DNA of 64,000 nt from a virus (IMGVR_UViG_3300028591_000141:1-64000), one strand, 5' to 3'; numbered from the stretch's first letter, positions 8,312 to 17,149 are shown. Translations and numbers: made by a program. The notes: generated from the sequence alone by a model not told the origin.

Positions 8312-10039
8312 TTACCCTCCGTACCTTGGAGTACTCCGCCTTCCCCGGTTCGCGCAGCTCAGGCTGTCATACACCTGGTTGGCTTCCTTCTTGATGAACT
8401 TCCGTCCGCACACCGGGCACTGCGCCCACTGGCCTTTCTTGCTCTCACGGGATGAACCGCCGGCGCCTTCATCGCCTTCTGCCTGCGCCTTAATTCCTTC
8501 AGCGCTCGTCGGGTCCGTTGTGTCGTCTTCCTTCAGCGGGATCCCGTCCTCGCCGACCCCGTTCATCCGGTCCAGCTCTTTCGCAAGCATCTCCTGGTAA
8601 TCGTCGTACATGATGGCGTCGCTTTCCGGATCACGGCTCAGATGGCTGAACTTAAACGCCTGTACAGCAGGCATTCCGGCACTGCGAAGCGTTGCAAAAC
8701 TCTGAGTCTTTACAAGCAGGTCCTCGTAACTCTGCCTCCAGAACCGCGGCTCAAGGTCGGAAATTTTCAGCCCTGTCAGTACGTTCTGCTGGTTACAGAT
8801 CTTCAGCACAACCTTCAGGAACTCTGTCTCTGCCTTCTTCCACATGTTCTGTGTCTGAAGCGCCCGGCCTTCTGCATGCCACCATCCGTTACGCATAATG
8901 ACAGCGCCGTTATTGCTGCTGTCTCCGTTGCTCGCGTCACCCTGCGAAGGCATGCCGACAATCTCCAGCACAGTCCTCTTCATATCGTTTACAAGGGTCT
9001 GTGTCTGGCTCTGGTCCAGTTGCTCGTTCAGGTAATACAGTTTCTTTCCGCCGTTTGTGCCGTTCTGCGTCGGAGGAAGCTGAATTGCGCCAAGATCTTT
9101 CAGCTTCAACAGGTCCTCACGGGTAATGTCCACGCCGTCGAAGACCATCAGCGCCTGAATAAACTGCTCAATACCGTCCAGCCGGTTGCTCTGCGTCAGG
9201 TTAATCGCGTCCAGAAGCGGAAGAACCACTTCAAACGCGCCCATATAGTCCGGGTTGCACGGATACTCAATCAGACTGACCATGCCAAAGTTGTGCGTGA
9301 CAGTCTTGCTTTTGTTAATCTGAAGTTTCCCGGCGATTTCCTCAATCGTGTACGTCACGTTTTTCGTATAAACCGTGTATTCCGGGTCGCTGTGCGGCAG
9401 CGTCTTGTACACATAAGTTACGCCGGCAACAACCGTCTTTTTCGCGTCGTTATGGCGGATTACAAACGTGTTTTCAACGTCCGGAACAGCAATCTCAAAC
9501 GGCGCCTCATCCAGGAATTCATCGTTATTCCCGATATCATGCCATACAAGCCTGTATGCAACGCCGCATGTAAACATCTTGTGAGCCAGCTCAAGGTCAA
9601 GCGTCTGCTTTCCCTCTGAAATCATCATGTCGTTGACCCTGGAAACCTTCTCTGGAATGTCACGTCTGCTGTCGTCCACACCCTTGTTCCCACGCCTGCT
9701 GACGTACTGGATCGGCTCTCCGGCAAACTCTGATTCCTTAAACGTGATAATCTCGTTCGCCAGGTTCTCAACAACCTTGTTGTTGATCTCATCGTTGTAC
9801 TTCTTTGTCCGCTCCAATACAGGCTGTATTCCACGTTCGTACTTCTGGAGATAAATAATCTCTGCGCGATTCTTGTTGTGGACGGTCAACGCTTTCTGCA
9901 ACACGTCAACCACATTGTCCATGGTAATTTCGCTCTCGCTCGTGAATATCTGCCTGCGTCCGTGCAGCCCAGTGGAGTAATCCGGATCAATCCGGCCGTC
10001 TGTCACCGTCGTGTCATAAGCCTCAAGACTTTTACGCAT
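8312..10039 (-). CDS. Portal protein, SPP1 gp6-like, with C-terminal extension
   Basis: 'NNKVVENLANEI...GEPIQY', 'FEVVLPLLDAINLTQSNRLD'; start taken at MRKSLE after GGAGGGAGG. Confidence 0.9.
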   Translation of the reverse strand: MRKSLEAYDTTVTDGRIDPDYSTGLHGRRQIFTSESEITMDNVVDVLQKALTVHNKNRAEIIYLQKYERGIQPVLERTKKYNDEINNKVVENLANEIITFKESEFAGEPIQYVSRRGNKGVDDSRRDIPEKVSRVNDMMISEGKQTLDLELAHKMFTCGVAYRLVWHDIGNNDEFLDEAPFEIAVPDVENTFVIRHNDAKKTVVAGVTYVYKTLPHSDPEYTVYTKNVTYTIEEIAGKLQINKSKTVTHNFGMVSLIEYPCNPDYMGAFEVVLPLLDAINLTQSNRLDGIEQFIQALMVFDGVDITREDLLKLKDLGAIQLPPTQNGTNGGKKLYYLNEQLDQSQTQTLVNDMKRTVLEIVGMPSQGDASNGDSSNNGAVIMRNGWWHAEGRALQTQNMWKKAETEFLKVVLKICNQQNVLTGLKISDLEPRFWRQSYEDLLVKTQSFATLRSAGMPAVQAFKFSHLSRDPESDAIMYDDYQEMLAKELDRMNGVGEDGIPLKEDDTTDPTSAEGIKAQAEGDEGAGGSSRESKKGQWAQCPVCGRKFIKKEANQVYDSLSCANRGRRSTPRYGG

Positions 10040-10069
10040 CCGGATCCTCCCTCCCTCACTTATGTACAG

Positions 10070-10113
10070 AAAAAGACGCTGAACCAACGAGTTTCCTCGC
10101 CATTCAGCGTCTT
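10070..10113 (-). terminator. Terminator/attenuator between late promoter and portal gene
   Basis: AAGACGCTGAA...TTCAGCGTC followed by TTTTT. Confidence 0.75.
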
Positions 10114-10185
10114 CCTGCTACCCTGCCACGTCACTAACCGACCTGATTGGTCAATTAATAAAGCAGAATAGTATCTTGCAGTTTG

Positions 10186-10214
10186 ATTATATCCAATATA
10201 TTGTGCCCTGTCAA
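10186..10214 (-). promoter_or_regulatory. Consensus SigA promoter upstream of portal
   Basis: TTGACA-17 bp-TATAAT on minus strand. Confidence 0.8.
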
Positions 10215-10262
10215 TACTTTTACGAATGTTTTCCCTATTATGTGTAGTATTCGTTCGGAAAA

Positions 10263-11897
10263 TTAAAATAACCGCTCAAATACGCGAACCTGCCCCTGTC
10301 CGAACGTCTGCACATAGTCCGCCAGCATCGCCAGACTATCCGGTCCGTCATCGTGCTTTGCCTTCCCGTTCATTGTCCAGCTGCATACATTGTTCAGGAA
10401 CGTCCTGTATTCCTTGTCTTTGACCACGCTCTGGTCCTTAAATAGGAAATGTTCCTTCACAAACGGGCTTGCCATAATGATCTTCGTCTCTTTTTGCTGC
10501 GTCGTGTACTTTGTAGTCAGTTTCGTCCGCCCGCCGCGCCGCTTTACTTCTTCCTGCACGCTCTGCGCAACCCTGCCGCCTGCACTGTTCGACTCAAACC
10601 GCCCCATATGCACGTTGTGCTGAAGCAGTTTCGTCACGATCTCCGCTTCCACGTTCTCCGGGTTCGCGTTATTGAACACCACGTCCTCAATGTAGTAATC
10701 CTGGCCGTACTGATACGCAATCGGCATGGAGCAGTAGTCGATGCCCCGGTCCTTCGTATCGCACACGCACAGGATCGCGTCCGGTTCCCGGTCCGGAAGC
10801 TCAAAGTACCTCCGCAGCTCATCCGGATGATACAGCAGGCCTTCCCGCTCAATCGGCTGGTTCATGTACAGCGCCCTCCAGTTCGCGTCATCCATAATCC
10901 CACGCTGCTCAATGTAGAACGCCGTGCTGAATCCCACCCCATACAGGTAGTCAAAGTTGCTCTCGTCATTTTCATTCAGCGCCGGAATCGCAATAAACTC
11001 CGCCCTGTCGCTTCCTTCGTACTGCCGCTCCAGTCTGCCCAGAATATCATTGACGCTCCACCGGGTGGCTATGTGCAGTTCCTTGCAGTGATCCCCGATC
11101 TTCCGCTGCCGCAGGTCCGTCGTATACATATCCCACAGTTTGTCAAGCTGTTCCTTGCTCAAAGCGACCTCCAGTCCCTTGATCAGGTCGTCGCAGTACA
11201 ACAGCTGCCCCGCCCGGTACAGACCGGCGTTACCGGATCCGATTGACGTAAACTCCAGCGTCTCAAACCTCTTCGGTTTCCCCAGGTCAATCCGCAGGCT
11301 CTTCGCGTTTGTGTTTGATACGACCGTTTCCGGAAACACGTCATGCCACAGATATTCCCCGTGACCGTCAAAGATCCGCAGGCACTCGTCATATACACCG
11401 CGCACAAACTCATTATTGTGGCTTCCGGTGAGGTTCGGCTCTTCCGGCCACCTTCCGGCTACCCACGTCAGCAAAAATATTGCCAGCGTACTCTTGCCAA
11501 CGCCAGGGGGAAGGCTGATGCCCAATATGTCCAGAAGGTTGTCCATCAGCTTCTGTATGCTGTTTACAACCCGAAGCAGCTGTCTCCTCCTTGGAAGGTA
11601 GAACCGTTTTCTCGGCGCGCGGTTTCGCTCAATGTACTGACAGTACGCGTCAAACATCACCCGCGAATCAATCAGCAGGCTCTTGTAATACGTGTCTTCC
11701 AGGCTCTCCGCAATCCTCACCGTCGCACAGCCGCGCATGGATTTTGCGATAACCTTTCGCATCTGTGCATTGATGTCATGCCAGCCGGTCTCCCCTGCCT
11801 GCGTATGATCGTAAATTATCGAAAGAGCATCCCTGAACACAACCGGGTCGTCCGGATGCGCGTCAATGTATCGCTGAATCTTCTCAATCTCCGTCAT
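10263..11897 (-). CDS. terL: Terminase large subunit
   Basis: Walker A 'SLPPGVGKS', 'LYCDDLIK', nuclease 'KHDDGPDSL'. Confidence 0.92.
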   Translation of the reverse strand: MTEIEKIQRYIDAHPDDPVVFRDALSIIYDHTQAGETGWHDINAQMRKVIAKSMRGCATVRIAESLEDTYYKSLLIDSRVMFDAYCQYIERNRAPRKRFYLPRRRQLLRVVNSIQKLMDNLLDILGISLPPGVGKSTLAIFLLTWVAGRWPEEPNLTGSHNNEFVRGVYDECLRIFDGHGEYLWHDVFPETVVSNTNAKSLRIDLGKPKRFETLEFTSIGSGNAGLYRAGQLLYCDDLIKGLEVALSKEQLDKLWDMYTTDLRQRKIGDHCKELHIATRWSVNDILGRLERQYEGSDRAEFIAIPALNENDESNFDYLYGVGFSTAFYIEQRGIMDDANWRALYMNQPIEREGLLYHPDELRRYFELPDREPDAILCVCDTKDRGIDYCSMPIAYQYGQDYYIEDVVFNNANPENVEAEIVTKLLQHNVHMGRFESNSAGGRVAQSVQEEVKRRGGRTKLTTKYTTQQKETKIIMASPFVKEHFLFKDQSVVKDKEYRTFLNNVCSWTMNGKAKHDDGPDSLAMLADYVQTFGQGQVRVFERLF

Positions 11898-12261
11898 CGT
11901 TCTCCTCCAGCATTTTCAGCATAACCCGCTCCGCTTCGGACGTGACCTTCGCAAGCCTCGGAAGCTGCCTCGCAACCCAGTCAACCATCGTCTCGTCATG
12001 CCCCATTTCAGGATGCCCCCAGTCGTCTCCAAGCCCGCACTCAAACAGCATCGCGTGTACAATCTCATGCCGCAGCACATGCGCCATAAACTCTTCCGGC
12101 CTTTTCAGGTTCCCTATCTTCCGCCCGTCATAAATGACAATGGAACGCTCCGTCCAGTCCGTAAACCCGCTGCACTCCGCAAGCCTCTTCTCGTCAGTCT
12201 CCTCCTGGATCCTTACTTCCCATTCCGCACCCATGATCTCAATGCTGAAATGCTTCATCAT
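11884..12261 (-). CDS. Phage HExxH metallopeptidase-like protein
   Basis: 'VLRHEIVHAMLFECG'. Confidence 0.6.
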   Translation of the reverse strand: MMKHFSIEIMGAEWEVRIQEETDEKRLAECSGFTDWTERSIVIYDGRKIGNLKRPEEFMAHVLRHEIVHAMLFECGLGDDWGHPEMGHDETMVDWVARQLPRLAKVTSEAERVMLKMLEENDDGD

Positions 12262-12273
12262 ATTCCTCCAAAT

Positions 12274-12320
12274 AAAAACGGGAACAAGCCTCTCGGCTCA
12301 TTCCCGCAATTCTGCGTCTT
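12274..12320 (-). terminator. Terminator/attenuator upstream of terL unit
   Basis: GCGGGAATGAGCC-GAGA-GGCTTGTTCCCGT followed by TTTT; preceded by AAGACGC motif. Confidence 0.7.
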
Positions 12321-12344
12321 ATCGTTTCTTATCCGTGTTTGTCC

Positions 12345-12842
12345 TTACGTCCCAAGCTTCGTCCGGTTTATCCGTCCGCACTTCGGGCAGCTGTACTCTA
12401 TTGCCGCGCCCATCTCCGTCTGCACCCTCCTCCCACGGGCATATACAAACCGCCCGCAGTAGTGGCACACCCTCGACGGTGCCTTGCTGATGGTAGCCTC
12501 ACCGCTCTCCAGCTCTTCCTTGAACCGCTCGCGCTTGCGACGGGCGTCCCGCAGGTCCCGGCTCTTCAGTTCCCGCTCCATCGAATACCGCCCCGGCCTC
12601 GGATTCATTCGCTCAAAGTTCCGCTTCCGTGCGTTCCGTTTCCACTCCGGTGAGTCCGGCCCGCCGTCCGCCCAGTAGTTCAGCCGGTTAATGTGCGCCA
12701 TGGAATCGTGCCGTTCACCGGCGCCCATCAGCAACAAAACAACACAGATCACCGCCGCCAGTCCGGCCGCGCCCCATTGCCCGTTGTCCGCGCACGCAGA
12801 TATCACGACAACAGCTATGATAATAATCATCACGGCAATCAT
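12345..12842 (-). CDS. Membrane protein with C-terminal zinc ribbon
   Basis: Two hydrophobic N-terminal segments; CHYC...CPKC. Confidence 0.6.
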   Translation of the reverse strand: MIAVMIIIIAVVVISACADNGQWGAAGLAAVICVVLLLMGAGERHDSMAHINRLNYWADGGPDSPEWKRNARKRNFERMNPRPGRYSMERELKSRDLRDARRKRERFKEELESGEATISKAPSRVCHYCGRFVYARGRRVQTEMGAAIEYSCPKCGRINRTKLGT

Positions 12843-12894
12843 ATATCATCTGTCACCGCCTTTTTTATTTTTCCGGGATTTTTGAAAACACCTT

Positions 12895-13158
12895 TTATTC
12901 CTTCACCGCGTTCTTCTTCGACCGGGGTGCCTTCCCAACAACAAACTTCATCGGTTCCCCTACACCCTCGTCCCGCATAATCACGCTGTACCCTGGCGCG
13001 TTCTTCGAGATGTTCCACTGCACTACGTTCCCTTCCAGCACTTCACACTGCGTATCGATCTCCTTCAGCGCGTCCTGCAACACACCAAGCACAACATCAA
13101 CCTTCAGACCGTCCTTGATCTCAATGAATACGTTCGGATTCTTCGCCATGATGCCCAC
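12895..13158 (-). CDS. Hypothetical protein
   Basis: ORF coupled to upstream HTH gene; RBS AAGGAG. Confidence 0.55.
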   Translation of the reverse strand: MGIMAKNPNVFIEIKDGLKVDVVLGVLQDALKEIDTQCEVLEGNVVQWNISKNAPGYSVIMRDEGVGEPMKFVVGKAPRSKKNAVKE

Positions 13159-13161
13159 TCC

Positions 13162-13428
13162 TTACTTCTCCTCAGTGTCTTCTTCGTCCCTGCTGTTTTC
13201 TACTTCATACCATCCGCTCCGAAGCGCTACATCCTTCGGAACCAGCATGATCTTGTACCCGAACACGCCGAGCATCTGATTCAACACGTTCGTGCTGAAG
13301 TTTCTCCTATTCAGTCTGCTCGCTAACGCGTTCGGCTGCAGTCCGAGCTTCTCTGCCAGCGCGTTAAACCGCACTCCGTTCTTACCCATCAGTTCCCTGA
13401 TAATCTCGTTCGTCTTCATCTCGTTCAT
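13162..13428 (-). CDS. Cro/XRE-like HTH repressor
   Basis: 'FNALAEKLGLQPNALASRL' HTH; own promoter at 13454-13482; start re-assigned from ORF track. Confidence 0.75.
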   Translation of the reverse strand: MNEMKTNEIIRELMGKNGVRFNALAEKLGLQPNALASRLNRRNFSTNVLNQMLGVFGYKIMLVPKDVALRSGWYEVENSRDEEDTEEK

Positions 13429-13453
13429 CTTCCTCTCGTGTCCTTTCATGATG

Positions 13454-13771
13454 ATGATATCACTTTTATGTGACCTTGTCAACACTTTTTTGTGACTATT
13501 TTGGCTTTTTTTATTTTTGGGATGCTGAGGAGGGTAAGGATGCCGGGGCGCCTGGGGCCGTATATCCCCGCGGGGCGGATCCGGTCCGCCGCGCCTGGCC
13601 AGGTTCCCGGCGGCATATAGCCAGGCGCCGGAACCATGCCGACGCGGAAACGGACGACCGTTTTTTTGTTTATATAATGGAAGAAAAAAATAATTCATAA
13701 AAAAGTGAGTAAAAAGTATTGACAATCATATTTTTGTGAGTTAATATTATCATGCAATCACAAATAAGTGA
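13454..13771. promoter_or_regulatory. Divergent SigA promoters with five palindromic operators TCAY-W6-GTGA
   Basis: Minus TTGACA-17-TATCAT (13482-13454); plus TTGACA-17-TAATAT (13719-13747); operators at 13460, 13482 (ACAC variant), 13695, 13726, 13758. Confidence 0.8.
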
Positions 13772-13800
13772 TTGACAATAAAAAATCGGAGGGCATGAAA

Positions 13801-14775
13801 ATGGAACTTATAACAAAAGACACACTGTCAACAATCAAGGCACTTGACGATGGATCCGCCGTATTGAAACTGTATAACAATGCCGCTTGCGTATTTGAAA
13901 AGACGTATAAATCTTTTCGCGGTGCAAAACAGGCGGAAAAATTCTATATTTCCCACGGTGCACCGGGAAACAATAAAATTGTTTGCAAGTGGTGTGGTTG
14001 GACGGGAACACGCGGCGAACTTGATTTTGACGAACACGACGCGCCGTCGTTTTGCCCGGTTTGCGGAAAAAACGAATTCAAAAAAAGCGACAAAAAAGGA
14101 TATGATATCAAAAAATTATTTGACGTCGTAGATAATGCAATTAATACGGACAGGGCCGTATTCCATGAGCCGCGCGACAATAGCAAGTTAAAAGGTATTC
14201 CATCGTTTAACCTTGCGCCGGGCCGGACCTGCAGCGCGGCGGCATGCGCGCATTGCTTAAAGGAAGGATGTTATGCAGTAAAAAACGCATGCTGTCACGG
14301 ATACGATATAGAAAACAATTATTGCCTTAAGGCCTGGACAGAAAACACGGCGCTTGCGATTAATCATCCGCGTGAACTGGAAAAGGCGCTTGACGCCTGG
14401 CTAACTAAAAACAGGCCCGCGCTTTTCCGTATTCATTCAAGTGGGGATATGTTTTCGGTAGAATACGCCCGCATGTGGCGCCGCATTGCAATGCGGCACG
14501 CGGAAACGCGTTTTCTGGCCTTTACGAAACAATTTGACGTTGTGCGGCACGTGCATTTTTACAAGCTCGCGAATTTTGAGCTTGTTTTGAGCGGCTGGAC
14601 GGGCGTACGCGTCCCGGACGACTTGCGGAAACATTATCGCGTTGCGTGGTGCAATGATGGACAGGAAAAGCGTATTCCGGCGGACGCGATACACTGTCCC
14701 GGCGATTGTAACAAGTGCCGCGCATGTTGGTACTTGTCCAGGCTGCAAAAAGACAGCTATTTTGACAAGCACTGA
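13801..14775 (+). CDS. GP88-like Cys-rich protein with N-terminal zinc ribbon
   Basis: 'SFNLAPGRTC...C..C...GCYA', 'FRIHSSGDMFSVEY', 'FTK', 'CPGDCNKCRACW'; CKWC/CPVC ribbon. Confidence 0.7.
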   Translation: MELITKDTLSTIKALDDGSAVLKLYNNAACVFEKTYKSFRGAKQAEKFYISHGAPGNNKIVCKWCGWTGTRGELDFDEHDAPSFCPVCGKNEFKKSDKKGYDIKKLFDVVDNAINTDRAVFHEPRDNSKLKGIPSFNLAPGRTCSAAACAHCLKEGCYAVKNACCHGYDIENNYCLKAWTENTALAINHPRELEKALDAWLTKNRPALFRIHSSGDMFSVEYARMWRRIAMRHAETRFLAFTKQFDVVRHVHFYKLANFELVLSGWTGVRVPDDLRKHYRVAWCNDGQEKRIPADAIHCPGDCNKCRACWYLSRLQKDSYFDKH

Positions 14776-14856
14776 GCCCGGACCCGGCCGGGCCCGCGTC
14801 CGGCCGGGTATATATACCACGTAAAAAAACGACTAAAAAAAGCGGAGGGAAAAACA

Positions 14857-15147
14857 ATGGATATTAATACAATTATTGCAAACTACCTGCAGGAAAAGGC
14901 CGCGGAGGCCGCCGCAAAAAAACGCGCGGAGGCAATGAAGGCACTTATACTTGACCATGCTAAAAACGCGGATAATTTTACGACAGACGTTTACACCGTT
15001 GTTATAAAAACGTCGTCAAGTGTACGCCTGGACACGGCGGCGCTTTACAGAGACTTTCCGGATATAAAAGACACGTACGGAAAAACAACGACGTCAAAAA
15101 CAGTTAACGCCGTTATAACGGCGGACGCGGAAAAGAAAAGCGCTTGA
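14857..15147 (+). CDS. Small coiled-coil protein of MGE type
   Basis: RBS GGAGG; 'RLDTAALYRDFPDI..TY.KTTTS' resembles C-terminal tail of YqaJ-like exonucleases. Confidence 0.65.
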   Translation: MDINTIIANYLQEKAAEAAAKKRAEAMKALILDHAKNADNFTTDVYTVVIKTSSSVRLDTAALYRDFPDIKDTYGKTTTSKTVNAVITADAEKKSA

Positions 15148-15202
15148 TTGTAACGGGCCCGGGCGGAGCGGATCCGCCCGGAGCCGCGGCGCTATATATG
15201 AA

Positions 15203-15646
15203 ATGGAGGTTTTGAAAATGTATTATACCGTTTACGACGTGCACGAAAACAGGAACACGAAAAGCTTTTTCGGGTATGAAATAGTTGTTGACGGCGAGCA
15301 CGGCCGCGATACTTTCCCGGGCAAGTGGGACCCGGCGGAGGCTAAACGCCATTATATGCAGGGCCTGCCGTGGTCCGAACCACTGAAAAACGCGCACACG
15401 TATATTATCTGTCTTTCCGGCAACTTTTACGCGCTCGCGGCGGACGCGTTTATGACTACAGTGTACGCAATTGGTCCGGACCGGCGCGGCCTGAATGACG
15501 CGGAATATTTCACGGGCTCCGTAAAGGAAAGAAACGCCGCCATCCGCTCGGTATGCGTTCCGCACGACTACAAAACCGCGCGCCGCATTGCAGAAGAGAA
15601 CGGCATTTATTCCGGACAGCTTTACGCATACGAAACGGAGGTGTAA
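15203..15646 (+). CDS. Hypothetical protein (island)
   Basis: RBS GGAGG (likely start at MYYTV); operon context. Confidence 0.65.
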   Translation: MEVLKMYYTVYDVHENRNTKSFFGYEIVVDGEHGRDTFPGKWDPAEAKRHYMQGLPWSEPLKNAHTYIICLSGNFYALAADAFMTTVYAIGPDRRGLNDAEYFTGSVKERNAAIRSVCVPHDYKTARRIAEENGIYSGQLYAYETEV

Positions 15647-15650
15647 ACAT

Positions 15651-15914
15651 ATGAAAATGTTATTGACGGCGGACCGGATCCGCACCGTTGTTGCGGACGC
15701 CCGGACCGAAAAAGATATAGAGCTGTCGCTCCGCTCGCACAAAATAAAGTTTTCCTACGATACAAGCGCCGGGTTTATGGCCTTCAGAATTCCGGCCCGC
15801 TCCGGTACGGTCCTGGTATATCGGACCTGTAACCGCTCCACCCCTTTTGCGGTCAGGTGCTCCGCTCCGGCCGTCTATCCGTACACACTGCCCCGTCTCG
15901 CCTGTGGTGATTGA
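15651..15914 (+). CDS. Hypothetical protein (island)
   Basis: RBS GGAGGTG before ATG 15651. Confidence 0.6.
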   Translation: MKMLLTADRIRTVVADARTEKDIELSLRSHKIKFSYDTSAGFMAFRIPARSGTVLVYRTCNRSTPFAVRCSAPAVYPYTLPRLACGD

Positions 15915-15931
15915 CAAGGGAGGTTCAGACC

Positions 15932-16183
15932 ATGGGAAGAAAGTACACTGGCCTTTTTGAGGATGAAGTGGCGGAGCTGCTCCGCTCCGCCGCTCCGGGT
16001 GCCGTGATTGTTTCCGGTCCGTTTTCCTGGAGCATGGCGCACACGCTCGCGGAGGACGGCATATATACAAGCGGTGCCGGTTATGTGACCGAATATATAA
16101 ACGGGATCCGCTCCGGTATCCGCTCCGCCGCTTCTCTTGTTTTCCGCCTTGCGCATACTGATTTTGAAATTATGGAGGTATAA
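15932..16183 (+). CDS. Hypothetical protein (island)
   Basis: RBS GGAGGT before ATG 15932. Confidence 0.6.
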   Translation: MGRKYTGLFEDEVAELLRSAAPGAVIVSGPFSWSMAHTLAEDGIYTSGAGYVTEYINGIRSGIRSAASLVFRLAHTDFEIMEV

Positions 16184-16187
16184 AGCA

Positions 16188-16934
16188 ATGTATAATTCCG
16201 CTCCGTATACCACGCCCGGCGGCCGCGTTTACCGCCTGTATACGCACCTTGCCGACCGTCCGCACCTGCTCATTGCAGGCGCCACCGGTTCCGGTAAAAG
16301 CGTGACTATAAACGGCATTATATACGCGCTACTGGCCACCCGTGCCCCGTCCGAATGCGGTTTTATCCTGCTGGACCCGAAAAAGGTGGAGCTTGTCCAG
16401 TACGCACGCCTGCCGCACGTCGTCCGCTATGCGTCGGAACCGTCCGACATGATCGACGCGCTAGAATATGCCGTCCTGGAAACGGAGCGCCGCTTTTCAG
16501 AAATGCAGCGCGCCGGCGTCCGGGAATATTCCGGCCCGGACCTGTACGTGATCGTCGACGAGCTCGCCGACCTCATGGTAACACAAAAGAACGTCGCCCT
16601 GCCTCCGCTCCAGCGCCTGGCACAGATCGGCCGCGCCGCTCATGTGCACGTGATCGCCTGCACGCAAAACGTTATGGCCGTAACAATCCCGACCGTCCTG
16701 AAATGCAATTTTCCGGCCGTTCTAGGCCTGCGTACGGCCACGGCGGCACAATCCCGCTACCTGATCGCTGCACCGGGCTGTGAGACCCTTCCAGACCCGA
16801 AAAAGACCGGTAAAGGCTGCGGGTACCTCCGCGACGGTGCTGACCTGGACCGTTATGAACTCTACATGTACCCTGAAGAAGAAATCACCCGCATGATTAA
16901 TTACTGGACCGCCGGCGCCCGCCGTGCCAGCTGA
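16188..16934 (+). CDS. Stand-alone FtsK/SpoIIIE-family ATPase domain
   Basis: 'HLLIAGATGSGKS', 'LLDPK', 'YVIVDELADL', 'QIGRAAHVHVIACTQ'; no TM or gamma domain. Confidence 0.88.
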   Translation: MYNSAPYTTPGGRVYRLYTHLADRPHLLIAGATGSGKSVTINGIIYALLATRAPSECGFILLDPKKVELVQYARLPHVVRYASEPSDMIDALEYAVLETERRFSEMQRAGVREYSGPDLYVIVDELADLMVTQKNVALPPLQRLAQIGRAAHVHVIACTQNVMAVTIPTVLKCNFPAVLGLRTATAAQSRYLIAAPGCETLPDPKKTGKGCGYLRDGADLDRYELYMYPEEEITRMINYWTAGARRAS

Positions 16935-16948
16935 TGGGAGGAATTAAC

Positions 16949-17149
16949 ATGACGCCTGAAATGCTGTATGAAGAAACGATTTCGTTCCTGGCTACCTGCC
17001 TGCTGGGCGAAGGTGACCCGGAACCGATGACCGCTGAGGATGCCGCCTATACTATGTCCAACTGGACCGCGGAAGGCATCGAATATCCGGAAGGTATGAC
17101 GCCGGATCTGATGTCCGCCGTATGGAATTGCATGATCGCTACCATGTGA
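16949..17149 (+). CDS. Small acidic hypothetical protein
   Basis: RBS GGAGGA; D/E-rich with no K or R; followed by hairpin plus T-tract at ~17163-17197. Confidence 0.6.
   Translation: MTPEMLYEETISFLATCLLGEGDPEPMTAEDAAYTMSNWTAEGIEYPEGMTPDLMSAVWNCMIATM

Noticed and set aside
13429-13725. N-terminal extension of ORF 13162-13725
   Set aside because: Runs through promoters, operators and the GC-rich spacer; promoter position supports a start near 13428
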